DNA of 64,000 bases. Origin: the human T2T-CHM13v2.0 reference genome, Homo sapiens. A program made the translations under genes and the position numbers. Below, one piece after another: positions 17,079 through 35,859 of this stretch; within the stretch, counting starts at the first letter, position 1, and each line of letters begins with the position of its first letter. The notes beneath the pieces are model-generated. The model ran no database searches and was not told the origin of the DNA. It worked only from the letters and a program-made list of their open reading frames with translations. The stretch lies in NCBI RefSeq assembly GCF_009914755.1, contig NC_060941.1. The stretch is one strand, 5' to 3'.

Positions 17079-17227
17079 CTGCTTTTTACAAATTGCCTGA
17101 GCTCCTGAAGCTTCCATTTGTCATATTTTTCAAACCTTTTGAAGTGTTCTTCCGCACAAAATTTATCTGAAGATGAGTTATAGGCAAACACCAACCCACA
17201 CTGGGCACCAATGCCACCACGTCGAAC
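17079..17227 (-). CDS. ZZEF1: ZZEF1 exon 11 (149 nt)
   Basis: ttccag|GTT..GCAG|gtaaga; VRRGGIGAQCGLVFAYNSSSDKFCAEEHF. Confidence 0.93.
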
Positions 17228-17611
17228 CTGGAAACAGAGATTAGGATGAAGTCTATCAAAGGGGCAAAAGTTCTGTGGCCGTTTTGTTTCCAGCATGGTT
17301 AAATTCAAACAGGTTAAAACAAAACGAGACCAATGAAAAATATTTCAAACATATTAAGCCCTCAAAAAATAAGAAAGCTGTTTCCCAAGAAATGTTCCTT
17401 AACTTTCTCAATCCTTATATTCTCACCATTTCAAAGACTTTACAGTCTATCCATCTTTGTGTCCCTGCCCTCTGCTACAGGCCTGACACAGAGTAAATCA
17501 TCATTAAATGTTCAATGAATAACCAATGACATGGTCAGCCATAGGTCTGACTTTAAAAAAAAAAACCAAAACACCAATGACGTGGACTTCTGAAATGTAA
17601 TAAAAGGTAAT

Positions 17612-17815
17612 ATTCAATAATAACCTAATTGTACATGGAAAAGTAACTACAACAGTGTAATGGATTGTTTATAACACAAAGACTAAATGCCTGAGGGGAT
17701 GAATAGCTCATCCTCATCCTCTGTATGATTATTTCACATTGCATGCCTGTATCAAAACACCTCATGTACCCCACAAATATATATACCTACTATGTACCCA
17801 TAAAAATTGAAAACA
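17612..17815 (+). mobile_element. L1 3' end fragment next to the exon 10 donor
   Basis: cattgcatgcctgtatcaaaacacctcatgtacccc...ctactatgtacccataaaaatt. Confidence 0.8.
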
Positions 17816-17856
17816 AAAGTAGTAACATTGCTTAAAGAAGGTAGCACGAAAATTAC

Positions 17857-17948
17857 CATAATTCTTATCTGTGTAACTTGGAAGGCAGATTCAGTTCCGG
17901 TAGAAAAAATAGTGCTGGCTCTGGTTTTTCCAGTTTCCGTAAGAAAAC
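17857..17948 (-). CDS. ZZEF1: ZZEF1 exon 10 (92 nt)
   Basis: tttcag|GT..ATG|gtaatt; FLTETGKTRASTIFSTGTESAFQVTQIRIM; phases 1/0 fit. Confidence 0.9.
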
Positions 17949-18227
17949 CTGAAAAAAGGGAAAACTCAAGTTAGGGAACTAACCCATTTTTATAGCCCTA
18001 AGAACTAAGATCAACAAAAACAAACCATATCCTTTGAGTCATGGGGGGTAACTGGTCTGATATCTTCACGAAAATTAGAGAAAAATGTCCTCTTTGGACA
18101 GAGGCAACCCCGATGATAAAGCCCCAGGTAAGCAGAGAACTGACCAGGTTCAACTTTCCCAGGGCACAATCCCCTCCACCTCACAGGCAGCCCTGCTCTG
18201 AGGTAACAATAAGAAAATAAATGTTTA

Positions 18228-18537
18228 GGCCGGGCACAGTGGCTCACGTCTGTAATCCCAGCACTTTGGGAGGCCGAGGCGGGTGGATCACGAGATCAGG
18301 AGACGGAGACCATCCTGGCTAACACGGAGAAACCCCGTCTCTACTAAAAATACAAAAAATTATCCAGGTGTGGTGGCGGGCACCTGTAGTCCCACCTACT
18401 CGGGAGGCTGAGACAGGAGAATGGCGTGAACCCGGGAGGCGGAGCTTGGAGATTGTGCCACTGCACTCCAGCCTGGGCAACAGAGTGAAACTCCGTCTCA
18501 AAAAAAAAAAGAAAAAGAAAAAGAAAAAGAAAAGAAA
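18228..18537 (+). mobile_element. Alu (Y-like)
   Basis: gagaccatcctggctaacac, gagaatggcgtgaaccc; TSD aaatgttta. Confidence 0.9.
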
Positions 18538-19058
18538 TGTTTATAAAACATTTAAGCCAAAGCGACAAAAGACTGGACAATCAATCATCTTCCTGAGCCA
18601 CACCTACAACCATGGCTGATGGCTGCCTGGGCTGATAAAGCCTACTGGCTTAGTGGCTGAGAAAGGGATTAGTTAGCTTCTACAACACTTTGTCAGGAAA
18701 GGTTATGAAAGGCTTTGAAATGGAAAAAAAAAAAAAAAAAAAAAAAGAATCACTGGGTGTCCTAGCCAACATACCCTTTCGGTCGTCTCTGCCTTTTATG
18801 GTCTCTAAACTATTTTACAATTCTGTAAGTTGTAGAACACTGGTAGTGATGCACATGATTCTTGTCCACAGAACTAAACACTGTGTTCTGTGGAAATGTT
18901 GCTGATTATTCCTTATGGATACTGACCAACATTCTATCTATTTGTAAATTAATTTTAGCATTCTTGTTAGTCTACATGTATTTTATGAATTCTCCTTAGA
19001 ACTGTTTGTAACATCTTACTGGTTCCCTCATTAATTAATGAGCTAAATAAAAAGTCTG

Positions 19059-19700
<642 letters not shown>

Positions 19701-20465
19701 TAAATTAAAAGTATGAATGTGTTCACTTATATTTGTATGACAGTCACTATTTTCCTTTTTTGATTGTTGGTAATTATCCTTTAACAACTCATGAAAAAGT
19801 CTTCTGCTAGACCCAAGGTTGCCTTTCTCTTTCAAACGTCTCTAAATGATATAACTCAGCAATAAATAAGCTTTTTTTTCTGGGACTCTGAATTTTCTTA
19901 ACAATTCTGCCTATCAAAATGACAAGACTAAAACCAATTTCATGCTTCCTGTTTCATTACATGGAGTTCAAGCCAACAAAAATTTATAAAGACAATGTGC
20001 AAAATGAGTCACCAAAACTAAGAAAATTAAATCCAAAGGAAACTTCTCTAATTCACACAGACGCTCTATGATCTAGTTCTATGAAAGAGCAATTCTATAG
20101 GCAATTTTAAGAATCCATACTACCAACAATTCACACAACTCCACTAACAGTAATACTAAGAACTATCCCAATTATTGAACTCTTACCTTTTCCCAGAGCC
20201 CTGGATGTCTCTATGTAAAAGAAATCTATGTAAAGGCTAAACTATTGTCTAAAAGTTAAGTGATAAATCAGCAATTTTAGTTAGTCTCAATGTAGTAGCA
20301 GAAGCAATAATTTAAGTCAACAGAATCGGATAGACTCTTTTAAAATAACACTGCCACCAAATATGCAATGACATTTTTTCAGAAAGGCAAAACAAAAACA
20401 AAACCTTAAAAAAAAAAATAAAACTTCTGTGCTTCCTTTTCTTGGTAAGAAATCAGCTCACGTGG

Positions 20466-21119
<654 letters not shown>

Positions 21120-21849
21120 TAAGTTTTGACACCCTGCCCTCCACTTGCCAATTTATTCTTTTTAGATAACAGGGAAAAAAAAATAACCAATCAGATTTAA
21201 AGGACTTAATAAATCTACCACTTCTGCTCCTATCAGGAGCACCCAGTATTCCTTTAAAATACCAGACCAAGTGACAGTGGTGACTGCCAGGAACGTTAGC
21301 CCCCTGAAGTATCAGCGTTTGAGTTCTCTGGGCATTCTGTGGGCCCTGCAGTGGCACTTGTCCAAAAGTGGTACTTCCCCACTGTTGGAGAATCAGACGT
21401 GTACCCATGAGAAGAGCTTTTACTCCGATAAGGGGAAGAAAAAATCACCCCCAAACCCAACAGCTCTGGCCATGAGTACTTTCCTCTTGTCTTGTCCCTT
21501 AAGGGTTACTTTTTGCAGTGCAGCAAGAGAGACCGACATCAACCCTGAGTTACAAGCAATAGATAGTGATGGCTGGAGGGAGTGAGCAGGAGGAACCCAG
21601 TGCTCCCCACACCCATTCACATCCCACCCTTGTGTTTCTCAGGCACATGGCAAAAATAACAAATCCACAAACTACAGCTAGATTTTTAAAATCCACTCAA
21701 TCTAAGGAGGGGAAAAAGCAGGAAGGAGAACTGGGTAGGTAAAAGACACAGGGAAAATAACAAAATATTCAAATCAGACCAGGCACAAGAGCTGGCAAAA
21801 TCTATTACCAGGAGAAATGCCCGTGAACAATGTTAAAAATCCACATCCA

Positions 21850-22124
<275 letters not shown>

Positions 22125-22833
22125 TCACATGCTCCAGGAACAAAAATTCCAAATCTTCAGCAAGTGAAGGAAAAATGCAGAGGGCCTTTGGCAGGGTGGT
22201 CTTGGCTTTCTTGGGTGAGGGGAAGGGAAAGGGACAAGGAGCTAACACCACCCCCTCCCAGCCCCACCCACTTTGGATGGCAGGAGCCTCACAGCCAGCC
22301 ATGGCCTTCAGTGTGGCTGGAGATGGATGTGGTAAAGAAAAACGTTTCTGCACAGGCTGAGCTGCTCAGGGAAAACCACAGGGAAACAATCTGCTTTAAG
22401 CATCTACTGCTGAAGAGGAGCACTGAGGAGAGGAGGTGCAGCTGGGAAAAGCATGTTCTCCTAGGGTCTGGACTCCATGAGTGCTGAGAATGAATACAGG
22501 AAACGGGACAGAGAAGAGGCAACCACTGAGAACATACGAGGACTCATTGCTGAGAGGAAAGCCGAGGAGAACCAGACGCAAAGCAGCAAGGCTAGTCCCT
22601 TTCAATGTCTGATCACTGCTGGAACATTCCACTTCCTCTAGTGAATCAGCAAGATTCAAATCAGTCCAGTGAGGAAAAAAGGGACACAGAGGACAATAAC
22701 AAGGCGGCCAACAAGACGAATGAGAGACTCACAAACACCTTATCACGAGATAAGGAAAGAGCCTCCAGCAAAGTTGAAAAGCACATCAGCAATTATTATG
22801 TTGACACTAGGAAAAGAGTGAGGCTTCCTCTAG

Positions 22834-23229
<396 letters not shown>

Positions 23230-23567
23230 TGATCTGCTGAGTTTCCTACCACCTGAAGATAACACAATAGAAAGACAATTGGAACTGAAAAAACGATTAA
23301 AAAAAATAGTAACTTTTTATATTCCAAGAGAAAGAATCCTTGCTTTTCAAAACTTCAGGCTCTCAAATACTTCTGAGTTGTTATAGTCATTGACACCTAG
23401 GCAGATTACAACTACACCACACAAATTGCTCAGCAACCACTGCCAACTGAGAAACAACCTAAAATTGAAGACTGCACGCCTCAAACATTTCAAAGTCTGG
23501 AGTGTGCTTTCACACAGCTGACTCCTGTCTACCGAGCACACTAGAAACAGACAGACCCACCACTCAC

Positions 23568-23666
23568 CATCCCTTGTCCACGGTTCAACAAGGAGGTTTT
23601 CGGGTCCAGACTTATCTTCTTTTCCTTTGACATCACATGCCTGAAGAGTCAACTGGAGAGGTTTAC
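23568..23666 (-). CDS. ZZEF1: ZZEF1 exon 9 (99 nt)
   Basis: ggtcag|GT..GATG|gtgagt; KPLQLTLQACDVKGKEDKSGPENLLVEPWTRD. Confidence 0.93.
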
Positions 23667-24510
23667 CTGACCAAAGAAAAGGAAGACCAAGCTGTAAGCT
23701 AAAATATGAAGAACTGGAAACTAGCACGCCTATCTGTGGAAATAGAGTCCTGTGGCTACCCAGACTGCTAACTAAAAATCTCCCTGTTTAAAAGCTGAAA
23801 TAGAGCAGTAATATCAGACAAAAGTTGACACCATCCCTTTGTACTTTCCTGAAAGAGACAAAGTACAGCTATGGCCCTGAGTGATTCCAAGGACAGCTTT
23901 CTAGAACAATCATTGTTCTGAAAAAAGGACATTATAAGACATAGGTTGATAACATAGATTGAACACATTTGGGGGGGTGATTCCTAAGATACTGTTTTGG
24001 AGCCAATAATTAACTTTATTACAATTGCATTTAAATATAAAATATTTTAGGTCTCGTTTCTTTAAATCATCTCTGCAGGCAAAATTTCTGTTTCAAGAAT
24101 TAGAAAAATCAACTTTTTCAGAACACTTGGCTTTGGCAAAAAAAAATATATATTTATATATACATATAAATCAACTTTTGCTATGATGATCTGAAAATGT
24201 TTTCCTTTTGTTTTAATAATAGAATGTACACCTGTTCACCTATGATATGACCTAGAACTAGAACATTACCCCATTCCTTCCTATCCACTGCTCCCTGCCT
24301 GAACAACCATTAATCTAAATTCTATTCAGCTTCCAGACACTACCTGCTATCCCTTCTATCCAGCCATGGCTGCTCTGGGCTGTTGACCAGTGCAACCCCC
24401 AACCACCCAAGAAAATAACCTTTCAAAATTTAGGGAGGAAACTAGATTTACAGGACACCAATTGTCTAACTTAAAAATTTAAACAGGCAAAAGAAAAAAA
24501 AAATTAAACA

Positions 24511-25196
<686 letters not shown>

Positions 25197-25883
25197 TCAC
25201 TGGAATACTGCCAACAGGATGAGACCCAACACCACATATTGTGGAGTCCAGGAAGGCTGCACTCACAAGTGGAAGTGCTGCACTGCAGTCTTTTGGGAGT
25301 GACTTTATGGGCTCCCATGTTGAGAAGGATTATAAGGCCCCATCCTGGTTTGGTAGAAAAGTGCTCATATGAATTACTGCTAGGCCCAAGGGGGGAAAGC
25401 AGTGGCAGACAGGTGTCCAAATCCTTCAGAGCAGCTATCACGGGAATGCAGAGGAATGCATTCTAAGACAAAGATCCCTTTGCACCGTATCTTGGCTAGT
25501 TTCCTCCCTCCAACAGGTAAGAACTACTCCAACCCTCTTGGCCTACACAATGAGACACTTCAGTACTTCACCAAAGATGGCTGTGTTCAAATGGCCACCA
25601 GACCTGGGTAATTTTGCAAGCAGATCATGGGAGTATAGCCTTGTGGAAAATCAAGTGTCCTCTTCTGGTGATACTGCCATCACATAAATGAACCTAAATC
25701 CCCCTTCTCCCTGCCAATCCTAGTAAGGTCTGATACTCAGAGGATACGTTCATCCAGGAATCATGGTGTAACTATAACAACCCAAAAAGATGAGAAGATA
25801 CCAGGAGGTCATATGGCGAAGAATGGTTTTATGATTTGTCCACTGTTGACATTTCTATCACCCCCATGTTTTACCATATTTAC

Positions 25884-26062
25884 CATATTTGAGGAGCAGG
25901 TTCTGTCTGACTGACGCCATGGACAAGATGAGGGATGAGGCATCATACTGCGTGTCCAGATGGTCAGTGATGGTGCATAGAGAGCTCATGACTTTGGCAA
26001 CACTTCCTCTTGCGAGAGCAAAAGCCAGAAGAGTCAGTTCTACCTCTGGGGTAGAACAGCAG
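25884..26062 (-). CDS. ZZEF1: ZZEF1 exon 8 (179 nt; alternative donor would extend it to 25875)
   Basis: ttatag|C..TATG|gtaaat; CCSTPEVELTLLAFALARGSVAKVMSSL. Confidence 0.92.
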
Positions 26063-26943
26063 CTATAAGCAAAGAGCAAAAACTTTTCACTTCTTAAAAA
26101 CATGAAAAAATCCAGGTAGCTCAAACCCCATGTAAGTGATCAACACAAGTAACATTAACCTGCCATATGCTTTCTACAGGTTTATCCGAAATATTTTTCA
26201 AAATCCTTAAGGTAACCTAAGGAAAAATTAAATCAATCCAGAGAGCCAGGGAATGAAAGCCTCACTTCTATAATCTTTAATCTTTAAATATTAAATAATA
26301 CCAATACGCTACTGTAATAAGCCTCTGCTATTAAGAAGCCTTGGGTAATGAGCTGGCTTGACCAGAGAGTTGAGGGTTTATGCTTGAAGCACTAAAAATG
26401 TATCACACTGAATTACACTTCTTTGCTTTTAATTTAAACACATTATACTGAAACGTTAAAAACTGTCTAGATGGCTCAGGGACTGGTTTGACCTCTAATG
26501 CAATAATGTCCTCAGGGCTCACTGAGGCAGAAGTGAGTGTCCCTACACAAAGTGGTCACTGCTATCAAGCTATCCAGGTGCCCTTTCCCAGTTCTGTAGG
26601 TAATCAGGCTCCCGGGACCTGCATGTGAAGGTCAGCAGGTTCTGAGTGAGGGAAGGCTATGCCAGTTGGACTTTGAGACATCTGTTCTATCAGAATCACA
26701 GGACTACTCCCCTTGGGCCCTGCAACACCCCTCACCAACCTTCCCAATTCTTCAGGTCAGGTGATACTGCTAAATAGTGGACTTTAGATGAGTGAACTAT
26801 TATGTCACTTTCTCTTTAGCTGCTAAAAAGCAACCATTTTTAGTGGTGATCGTTAAAAGATTAATATATATTTTTTAAAGACTTAACAAGCATACGTGCA
26901 CTCCATTCCTCACAGAGTTTACCCTCATCAGCCTTGATTTTAC

Positions 26944-27060
26944 CTAGTTATCCTTATGAGGAAACTGTCCACTTCTTCCAGCACATTAGGGGAGAGGAAA
27001 GTTGAGAAATCTGTAGATCCTGGTGAGAGAGAGAGTGGAGGCATGTGCCGCAGCGCCTTC
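26944..27060 (-). CDS. ZZEF1: ZZEF1 exon 7 (117 nt)
   Basis: ttctag|G..CTAG|gtaaaa; KALRHMPPLSLSPGSTDFSTFLSPNVLEEVDSFLIRIT; phases 2/2 fit. Confidence 0.92.
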
Positions 27061-27198
27061 CTAGAAGAGGAAAATGTAAAATGTAATCAGAACAAAACCA
27101 GACCGAATTTAGACAAAAAATAAACTGTTAGAAGCTTGTTTTGACTAATCCCTTATAAACAGACAGTGTTCCCACAGAGAAGCTGGCACACAATATAA

Positions 27199-27496
<298 letters not shown>

Positions 27497-28669
27497 TAAA
27501 CTATCCCTTTTTGCCCAGGAGTCACAGTGCTAAGTAGTTTAATAGGGTTTTGTGTTTGTTTGTTTCTTTCTTTCTTTTAGGAGTTCTGCCTCCCTCTGTT
27601 GAATAAAACTTATTCAACTCTCTAGAATCCAGCTTTCATGTTAAGTAGTACTAGAAAAACTGACCCAAGAGGCAGAGCAGCTTGAGGCTCAGTAGAAAAT
27701 TTATTTTATAATTTGTTCAGCAGCAACAGGGAAAAAAAAAAAACAAAAGAAAATTTTATAGCTAGGATCTGAAGATCTATGGTATCTAAAGATGTGCCAT
27801 GAATGTTATGTTCTCTTAAACAGATTAGCACATCACCGTCTCCATTCCTGCCATGTTTCTTGGCCTTTCCACCTTAATGTCTGTTTTAGTGTTTCCCTTT
27901 TCTTGTCTTTGCTTACATTTATCTTTCTGAATCCCCCAATAGCTTTACCTACTCTAGATTAGCAGTCATCAAAAATTTACGCAACAAATGACTTCTGAGC
28001 CCTACTGTGTGCCAGCAACTGTGCTAGGTGACTGAATGTACCATGAAAAATTTCAAGGTATTCTGTGAATGTATCAAAAGTAACTCAAAATTCTACAACT
28101 GATAGTCGCTTAATGATAATGGTAATGAAAATCCCTGAAACAATTTCATTTCTACATTTCAAAATAGAGACAATAAAGCAAAGCAAACACTGTCAGCTCG
28201 CACTCTGCCCTAGTTCTGTTCCTGTCTACACAATGAGCCATTTTGGGGTTGCACAAACATGGCAGCTACACACAGATGCAGCTGATCAGTGAGGTTTAAT
28301 GCACACAAGTAGCATGCGATCATTTACTGAATTTATTTCCACTGATACAGGCAACACTTCTGTCCCAAAATATTCGTTTCCTTACCTATTTTTCCTCATT
28401 GATATTTTTTCAATAAATCTTTAATTTTAAAATAGATTTAGATCACTAATCTTAAAAAGGCAGGAGTGCATGAAAATATCATTGCAGATGAACTAGTAAA
28501 ACTGAGCAGGGACACAGACTTTAAAATCTGTCCATTCTTCAACCACTTGCCACATCTTCAAAAAAAATATAGAAACCTCTTCCTTTTCCTGAAAATCCAG
28601 TCCACAAGATGGGACTGTGCAGTGCAGACATTTGTATGTGTCTGGGGAGTAAGGGGGAGTCGTCATGGT

Positions 28670-30020
28670 GGCCTCCAGTGAGGTTTTAGAGCCTGAGCAG
28701 GGTGAGAAAGGTGTCTTCACAAAGGTACGGCCTGATATGGAATGCAGGCACCAAGTGAGGCAAGAAGGGTGGCCTGGCACAGGGTATAGGAACTCGAGGA
28801 AGATAAGAAGGGCATCTGTGCAAGGATGGCCACAGCAGCAGCTCTGCAAAAGATGCTGGAGCAGGAATGGGATAGGGAGGGTGTCCATGCAAGGGCAGGG
28901 GCAATGGGACACTGGTTACATAGAGGCGAACTGAGTAAGTACAAAAAATGTATTAAGGATCATGGGAAGCAAGTTTCTTAGTATCAGAGAAGGCAGTCAC
29001 AAATAAAGAAATAGGCTGGGCATGGTGGCTCATGCCTGTAATCTCTGCACTTTGGGAGACCGAGGTGGGTGGATCTCCACCTAAAGAGCCCCTGATTCAG
29101 AAAAATGGCTGATTCCAGGACTAATGCAGGGAACATTCAAGATAAGCCTGGAATATCTTGTGTCAGAACATATGGAAGCATTCCGAGAATAATGAGACAT
29201 GTCAAAAGGACACACAAGCCAGACTGCAGGGGTTGCCACCAGCCAACTCCAGGATAACATAAGCATCAAAACTGTGGCTGACTATAATCTAGTGCATAAA
29301 AGAGGAATCCACTAACATAAAGTTTTGATGAGGAATACGATATTTACATAGTCTCAAAGTACCGCCTTCAACGTATTTATTAATTATGAAGTGAAAAATA
29401 TTTATTTTACAATGGAAAAGTCTGGCAAAAACCACTTTAATCAAGTGATCAAAGTTAACAAGACTGCATTAGAATGAGGACTATCTGAAGTTGTGTGCAA
29501 CCCAATGGGATGCAATGAGAACAAAGCATCACTTCTATGATATTCCTGCTAGAGACAGGTAACAAAACCTCAATCTGATCACAATAAAACATCAAATAAA
29601 CCAGAATTGAAGGACACTCTTCAAAATAACTGACCTGTAATTTTCAAAAGTATCAGGGTCAAGGAAATACTGAGGAAAGTCAAGGAAATACTGAGGAATT
29701 GTTTCAGAATGAAGGAAACTAAAGAGAAAGGACAAAGAAATGCAGAGTGTTTCGCTGGATCCTTTTGCTGTAAGGGGCGTGACTGGGGCAACGTGCAAAA
29801 CTTGCAGGGAGTCTGAGGATGAGATGGTGGCAACATAGCAATGTACACCAATGTGGATTTCCTGATTTCAATGGTTGTCAGTAAATGTTCTTGTTTACAG
29901 GAAATACACACTAAAGCAGCAGGAACGATGGGGCACAGGCAGGCAAATTACTCTCTAATGACTGAGGAAGAAATAAAAATTATTTGTTAAATGTAAACTT
30001 GCAGTGCTTCTCTAAGTATG
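28670..30020 (+). mobile_element. Old L1M (MC/MD/ME-like) 3' region
   Basis: aaatggctgattccagg, caagtgatcaaagttaaca, aattgaaggacactcttcaaaataactgacctg. Confidence 0.55.
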
Positions 30021-30903
30021 AAATAATTTAGTGAGAATACATGCTACAACAGGAAGAAAGAACAAGGTATGGCCAACTATTAACCTTCAGAGCAGCAGTG
30101 TTATTTGCTAACAGTTTTACTCAATAGTGCTAACAAATCTCAAAAGATGTCTAGAGAACAAAATATTAGCAATCTCTTTTTGGCTGATACTCTCACCGCC
30201 TACACTATAGGTACCTATTATCAGTTACTGAATCTGCACAATACTAATATTTCAGTGCTGCTATAGCTGGTTGTATTTGTCTTATATGTTACTATTTGGT
30301 CTTTTTGCCCTAATGATTTTTTTTCAAAAGTACTCTACATTTCAAAAGAAATTAATTTAGTACCCTGAAAAGATTTCACTCATTCGTGGAAAGAGCCCTC
30401 AACTGATCCATTACTGCAGCCTGGTCTTGTGACTTCAGGAAAGGTCACAACATCTGCGTCTATAAAATGGGGTGATTTTCACAGGTACACTTCAGTGTCA
30501 GTAGGTAAAATAATAGACTGCATCTGAAAGGGCTTTATCCAACATCAAATCCTATAGAAACATGAGCAATTACTTCCCAATGGACAAGGAACAGGCACAG
30601 CATAAGTGACCTCCTCACAAGACTGGTCCACTTAGTGAGCTGATGAAGAACACTGTAGGAACTGTGTGACGAGGAGCAGGAAGGTGGAATGGGCACTTTT
30701 TCAGTCTGTAAAGTCAGAACGTCAATCAAAGAGAGACACACTGTGGAGCTGAGTGGCACGAACAGGAAACACTAGGGCACCTGAGGCCGAGCTGACTGAG
30801 CCACAACGATCAATGATGGAAGGCTGCTCAGTGATACGCCCTAAAGGATGATGGGAGAATGAGGGCATGTTGAGGGGGCTGGAACATAGAGAGAATGACT
30901 TAC

Positions 30904-31114
30904 TGAGTATTGTGCAGCACTGTCTGGACAAAGGCGGGATTTGTCTCCATAGAAGCCGTCACCAGAGATGTCAGCAGAGACCAATACCATATTGCAGAAG
31001 CATCTGAGACTGAGACCCCAGACTTCTTAACTCTCTGAAAGCCAACAGCCCTGAGACCATGAATTCTAGTGTCGCAGCCATCGCTAAGACAACGCTTTAT
31101 GTTAATCTGGACAT
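30904..31114 (-). CDS. ZZEF1: ZZEF1 exon 6 (211 nt, end of DOC domain)
   Basis: cgacag|AT..CTCA|gtaagt; QINIKRCLSDGCDTRIHGLRAVG. Confidence 0.95.
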
Positions 31115-31960
31115 CTGTCGAGCACAAACAAAAAATTCAGTATTGGATTAACTTCTTTAGGCAAATGCTGGGCTCCCAACTAAAAGCAAAATAGTAATAG
31201 ACATTTTGAAAAGAAAATTCTGAAGGTACACTTTGATGACAGAAATAAATAGCATGTGCAATGGAACTAGTATATAATAAATTTGTCAAAAAGCTTTGAC
31301 AAATCTAAGAAATCATAAGAATAATATGTAAAATTAAGGGTGATTTAAGTCTTTACAACAAAACTTCTTAGGAACTTAGGAGTCTTGAAAAAACTACACA
31401 AAGAACATTTTAAAACAAGCCTGTCTGAATACATGGTAAGAACATTTCTAGAATTCTTCCTAGGATTCTGAAATTTGGATTAAGTTATAGAACAGTGGCT
31501 GGCTTACAAGCAATTGTGAGAATTTATTTTTAATAATCAAATCCAAACAGATGACACAGACATGACTCACTTTTAAGAGATGTCACAATTTCTTATTTGG
31601 GTCAGAGGAGAGAAGGTAAGAATTTAAAAAGGACACAACTTAGAGAAAAGATCACAATATAAGACAGGAAGCTTCTAACCCACAGGCCTAACTACTTATT
31701 TGCTAGGGGTGAGACACAAAGACTCTACCTCCCTAGGCCTCAGTTCCTTTGAGCAAAGAACACTTCTTTTGGCCCAGGAAAGCATTAGAAGAAATGAGAT
31801 AAAACATGAAGCATTCCGGCTCCCTGAACGAAATAAGCCCAGAAAGCAATCACAGAATTGTGATTATTTCCAAAATGCTATGTTTAAAGCAAGGTTATAA
31901 TGGTATAAAATTGGAAACAATCTAAATGTCCAAGAATGAGGGGTGGGTTAAAATTACGGC

Positions 31961-33693
<1,733 letters not shown>

Positions 33694-33859
33694 GACGCTT
33701 TTCTATAATTTCTACAACACTTAATGAATGAAATAATGAACACTTTTGTGTACGTCCTAAGAAGCAAACCGAATCTCAAAAACTAACAGCCTCTTCACTT
33801 CAAAGTAAAAAATACTACTCCCTTGCTTTTCCCTATCCCCTCAGTTCTGTTGGACTTAC

Positions 33860-34059
33860 AGAGCTGACTGACGTTGGCATTTTCCAGCAGCGTCACATAG
33901 CCAGTGACATTGCTGGGGATGTGCACATCTCGGACTTCCTGAAGATCGCTGGCGTTCCTCCCTACAGCTACTGTCACCTGCTGTGGCATGTAGCTCTGGT
34001 CAGTGGCAGCCACTGCAATGGACAGGTGCCTAAGCACAACATCTGGCTTCATTTTTAAA
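33860..34059 (-). CDS. ZZEF1: ZZEF1 exon 5 (200 nt, DOC domain)
   Basis: ttccag|T..CTCT|gtaagt; DQSYMPQQVTVAVG (DOC DxSYxP motif). Confidence 0.95.
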
Positions 34060-34658
34060 CTGGAAAACACAAAAAGCAGAAATTACAAATGTTTATAGGA
34101 GTCAAGAACTGACAGGATCCAGAAGTCCCACCTCAAAGAGCTTACATTTGATATATCCAAAGACTGGTTTTCCTAACAGCAACTAACTTGAAATGCTGGC
34201 TATGAGTTTCAAAGTCCTTCTGACCTTGACCTTCCCACATTTTTTAAAGACCTTTCAGTTCAAGATTAATCTTACGATTCCTTTTAAGCTATTTGTACAG
34301 AAAGAACGAACAGTATGAACATTCTAACAAAATCCCTTTACCTGGCAAAAAAGCTAATTTTAAACTGCATACAAAAAAACTGAGTATACTCTCTCATCTA
34401 TAAATTAGATGTCTAAAGGTCAAATGTGTCCTCTAAGAGAAAACAATACAATTATTTCTGGCACTTAATTCTACCAATTGGAATTAGCCTGTTTTCTGAG
34501 GGGAGAGGTGAAAATTTCAATAGCAGCTTCAGAGCTTCCAGAAATACCACTGTTTATTATCATTAGCTCCACTCCAGGATTCTTGACCACACTATTTCTT
34601 CTTCTAAAGTGACCAACTCAGTTACATACAGTGAATTTCAAAAATGTATATAGAAAGA

Positions 34659-35237
<579 letters not shown>

Positions 35238-35550
35238 GTAGAGAAAGGATATTTCAAAATACAGTCACATGTAAGTACTTATTCTTTGTGGTATTAATTT
35301 TCCTGAGAAACTAGTGAAAAAAGATATGAAATCAGTACTAATCTAAAATTAATCAAATGTTATTTCCTCCTTTAAAATATCAGGGAAATTATCTGTTAGG
35401 AATATATAAGCCAGGTTACATGATTTTACATGATTCATTTTACTTGATTCTTAAAGCATCTTCATAGCCACTTAAAATACAAAGAGTAGGCAGTTAAGAA
35501 GAAAACAATCCAAAATTTTAAAAAACAAAAAAGTATTATATACCACCCAC

Positions 35551-35722
35551 CGAATCCAGTGTGAACAGGCACTGCCATCTGACTGCCAGTAGGATGAGGT
35601 TTCTCCATTTGTCATCTTGTCAATGTCTGCCGAGTTGGAGGATGTTTCTATATAAGCATAGCACTTTGCTACTGACTTGAGTTTATCCATCTCTGGACTT
35701 CTAGTTAGATCTCCAGGGCTTT
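35551..35722 (-). CDS. ZZEF1: ZZEF1 exon 4 (172 nt, start of DOC domain)
   Basis: ctacag|AA..TTCG|gtgggt; TSSYWQSDGSACSHWIR (APC10/DOC WQSDG motif). Confidence 0.95.
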
Positions 35723-35859
35723 CTGTAGGGGAAACCAGAGTTGATTATATGACATCCCTTTCACAAAGGGAAAAAAAAGAGTCATTTAAAATATCTAACA
35801 GAAATACGCTTGGTACTCTGGCCCTAGAAACACAAATCTTCCTTAAAATCTCCTTCCAG

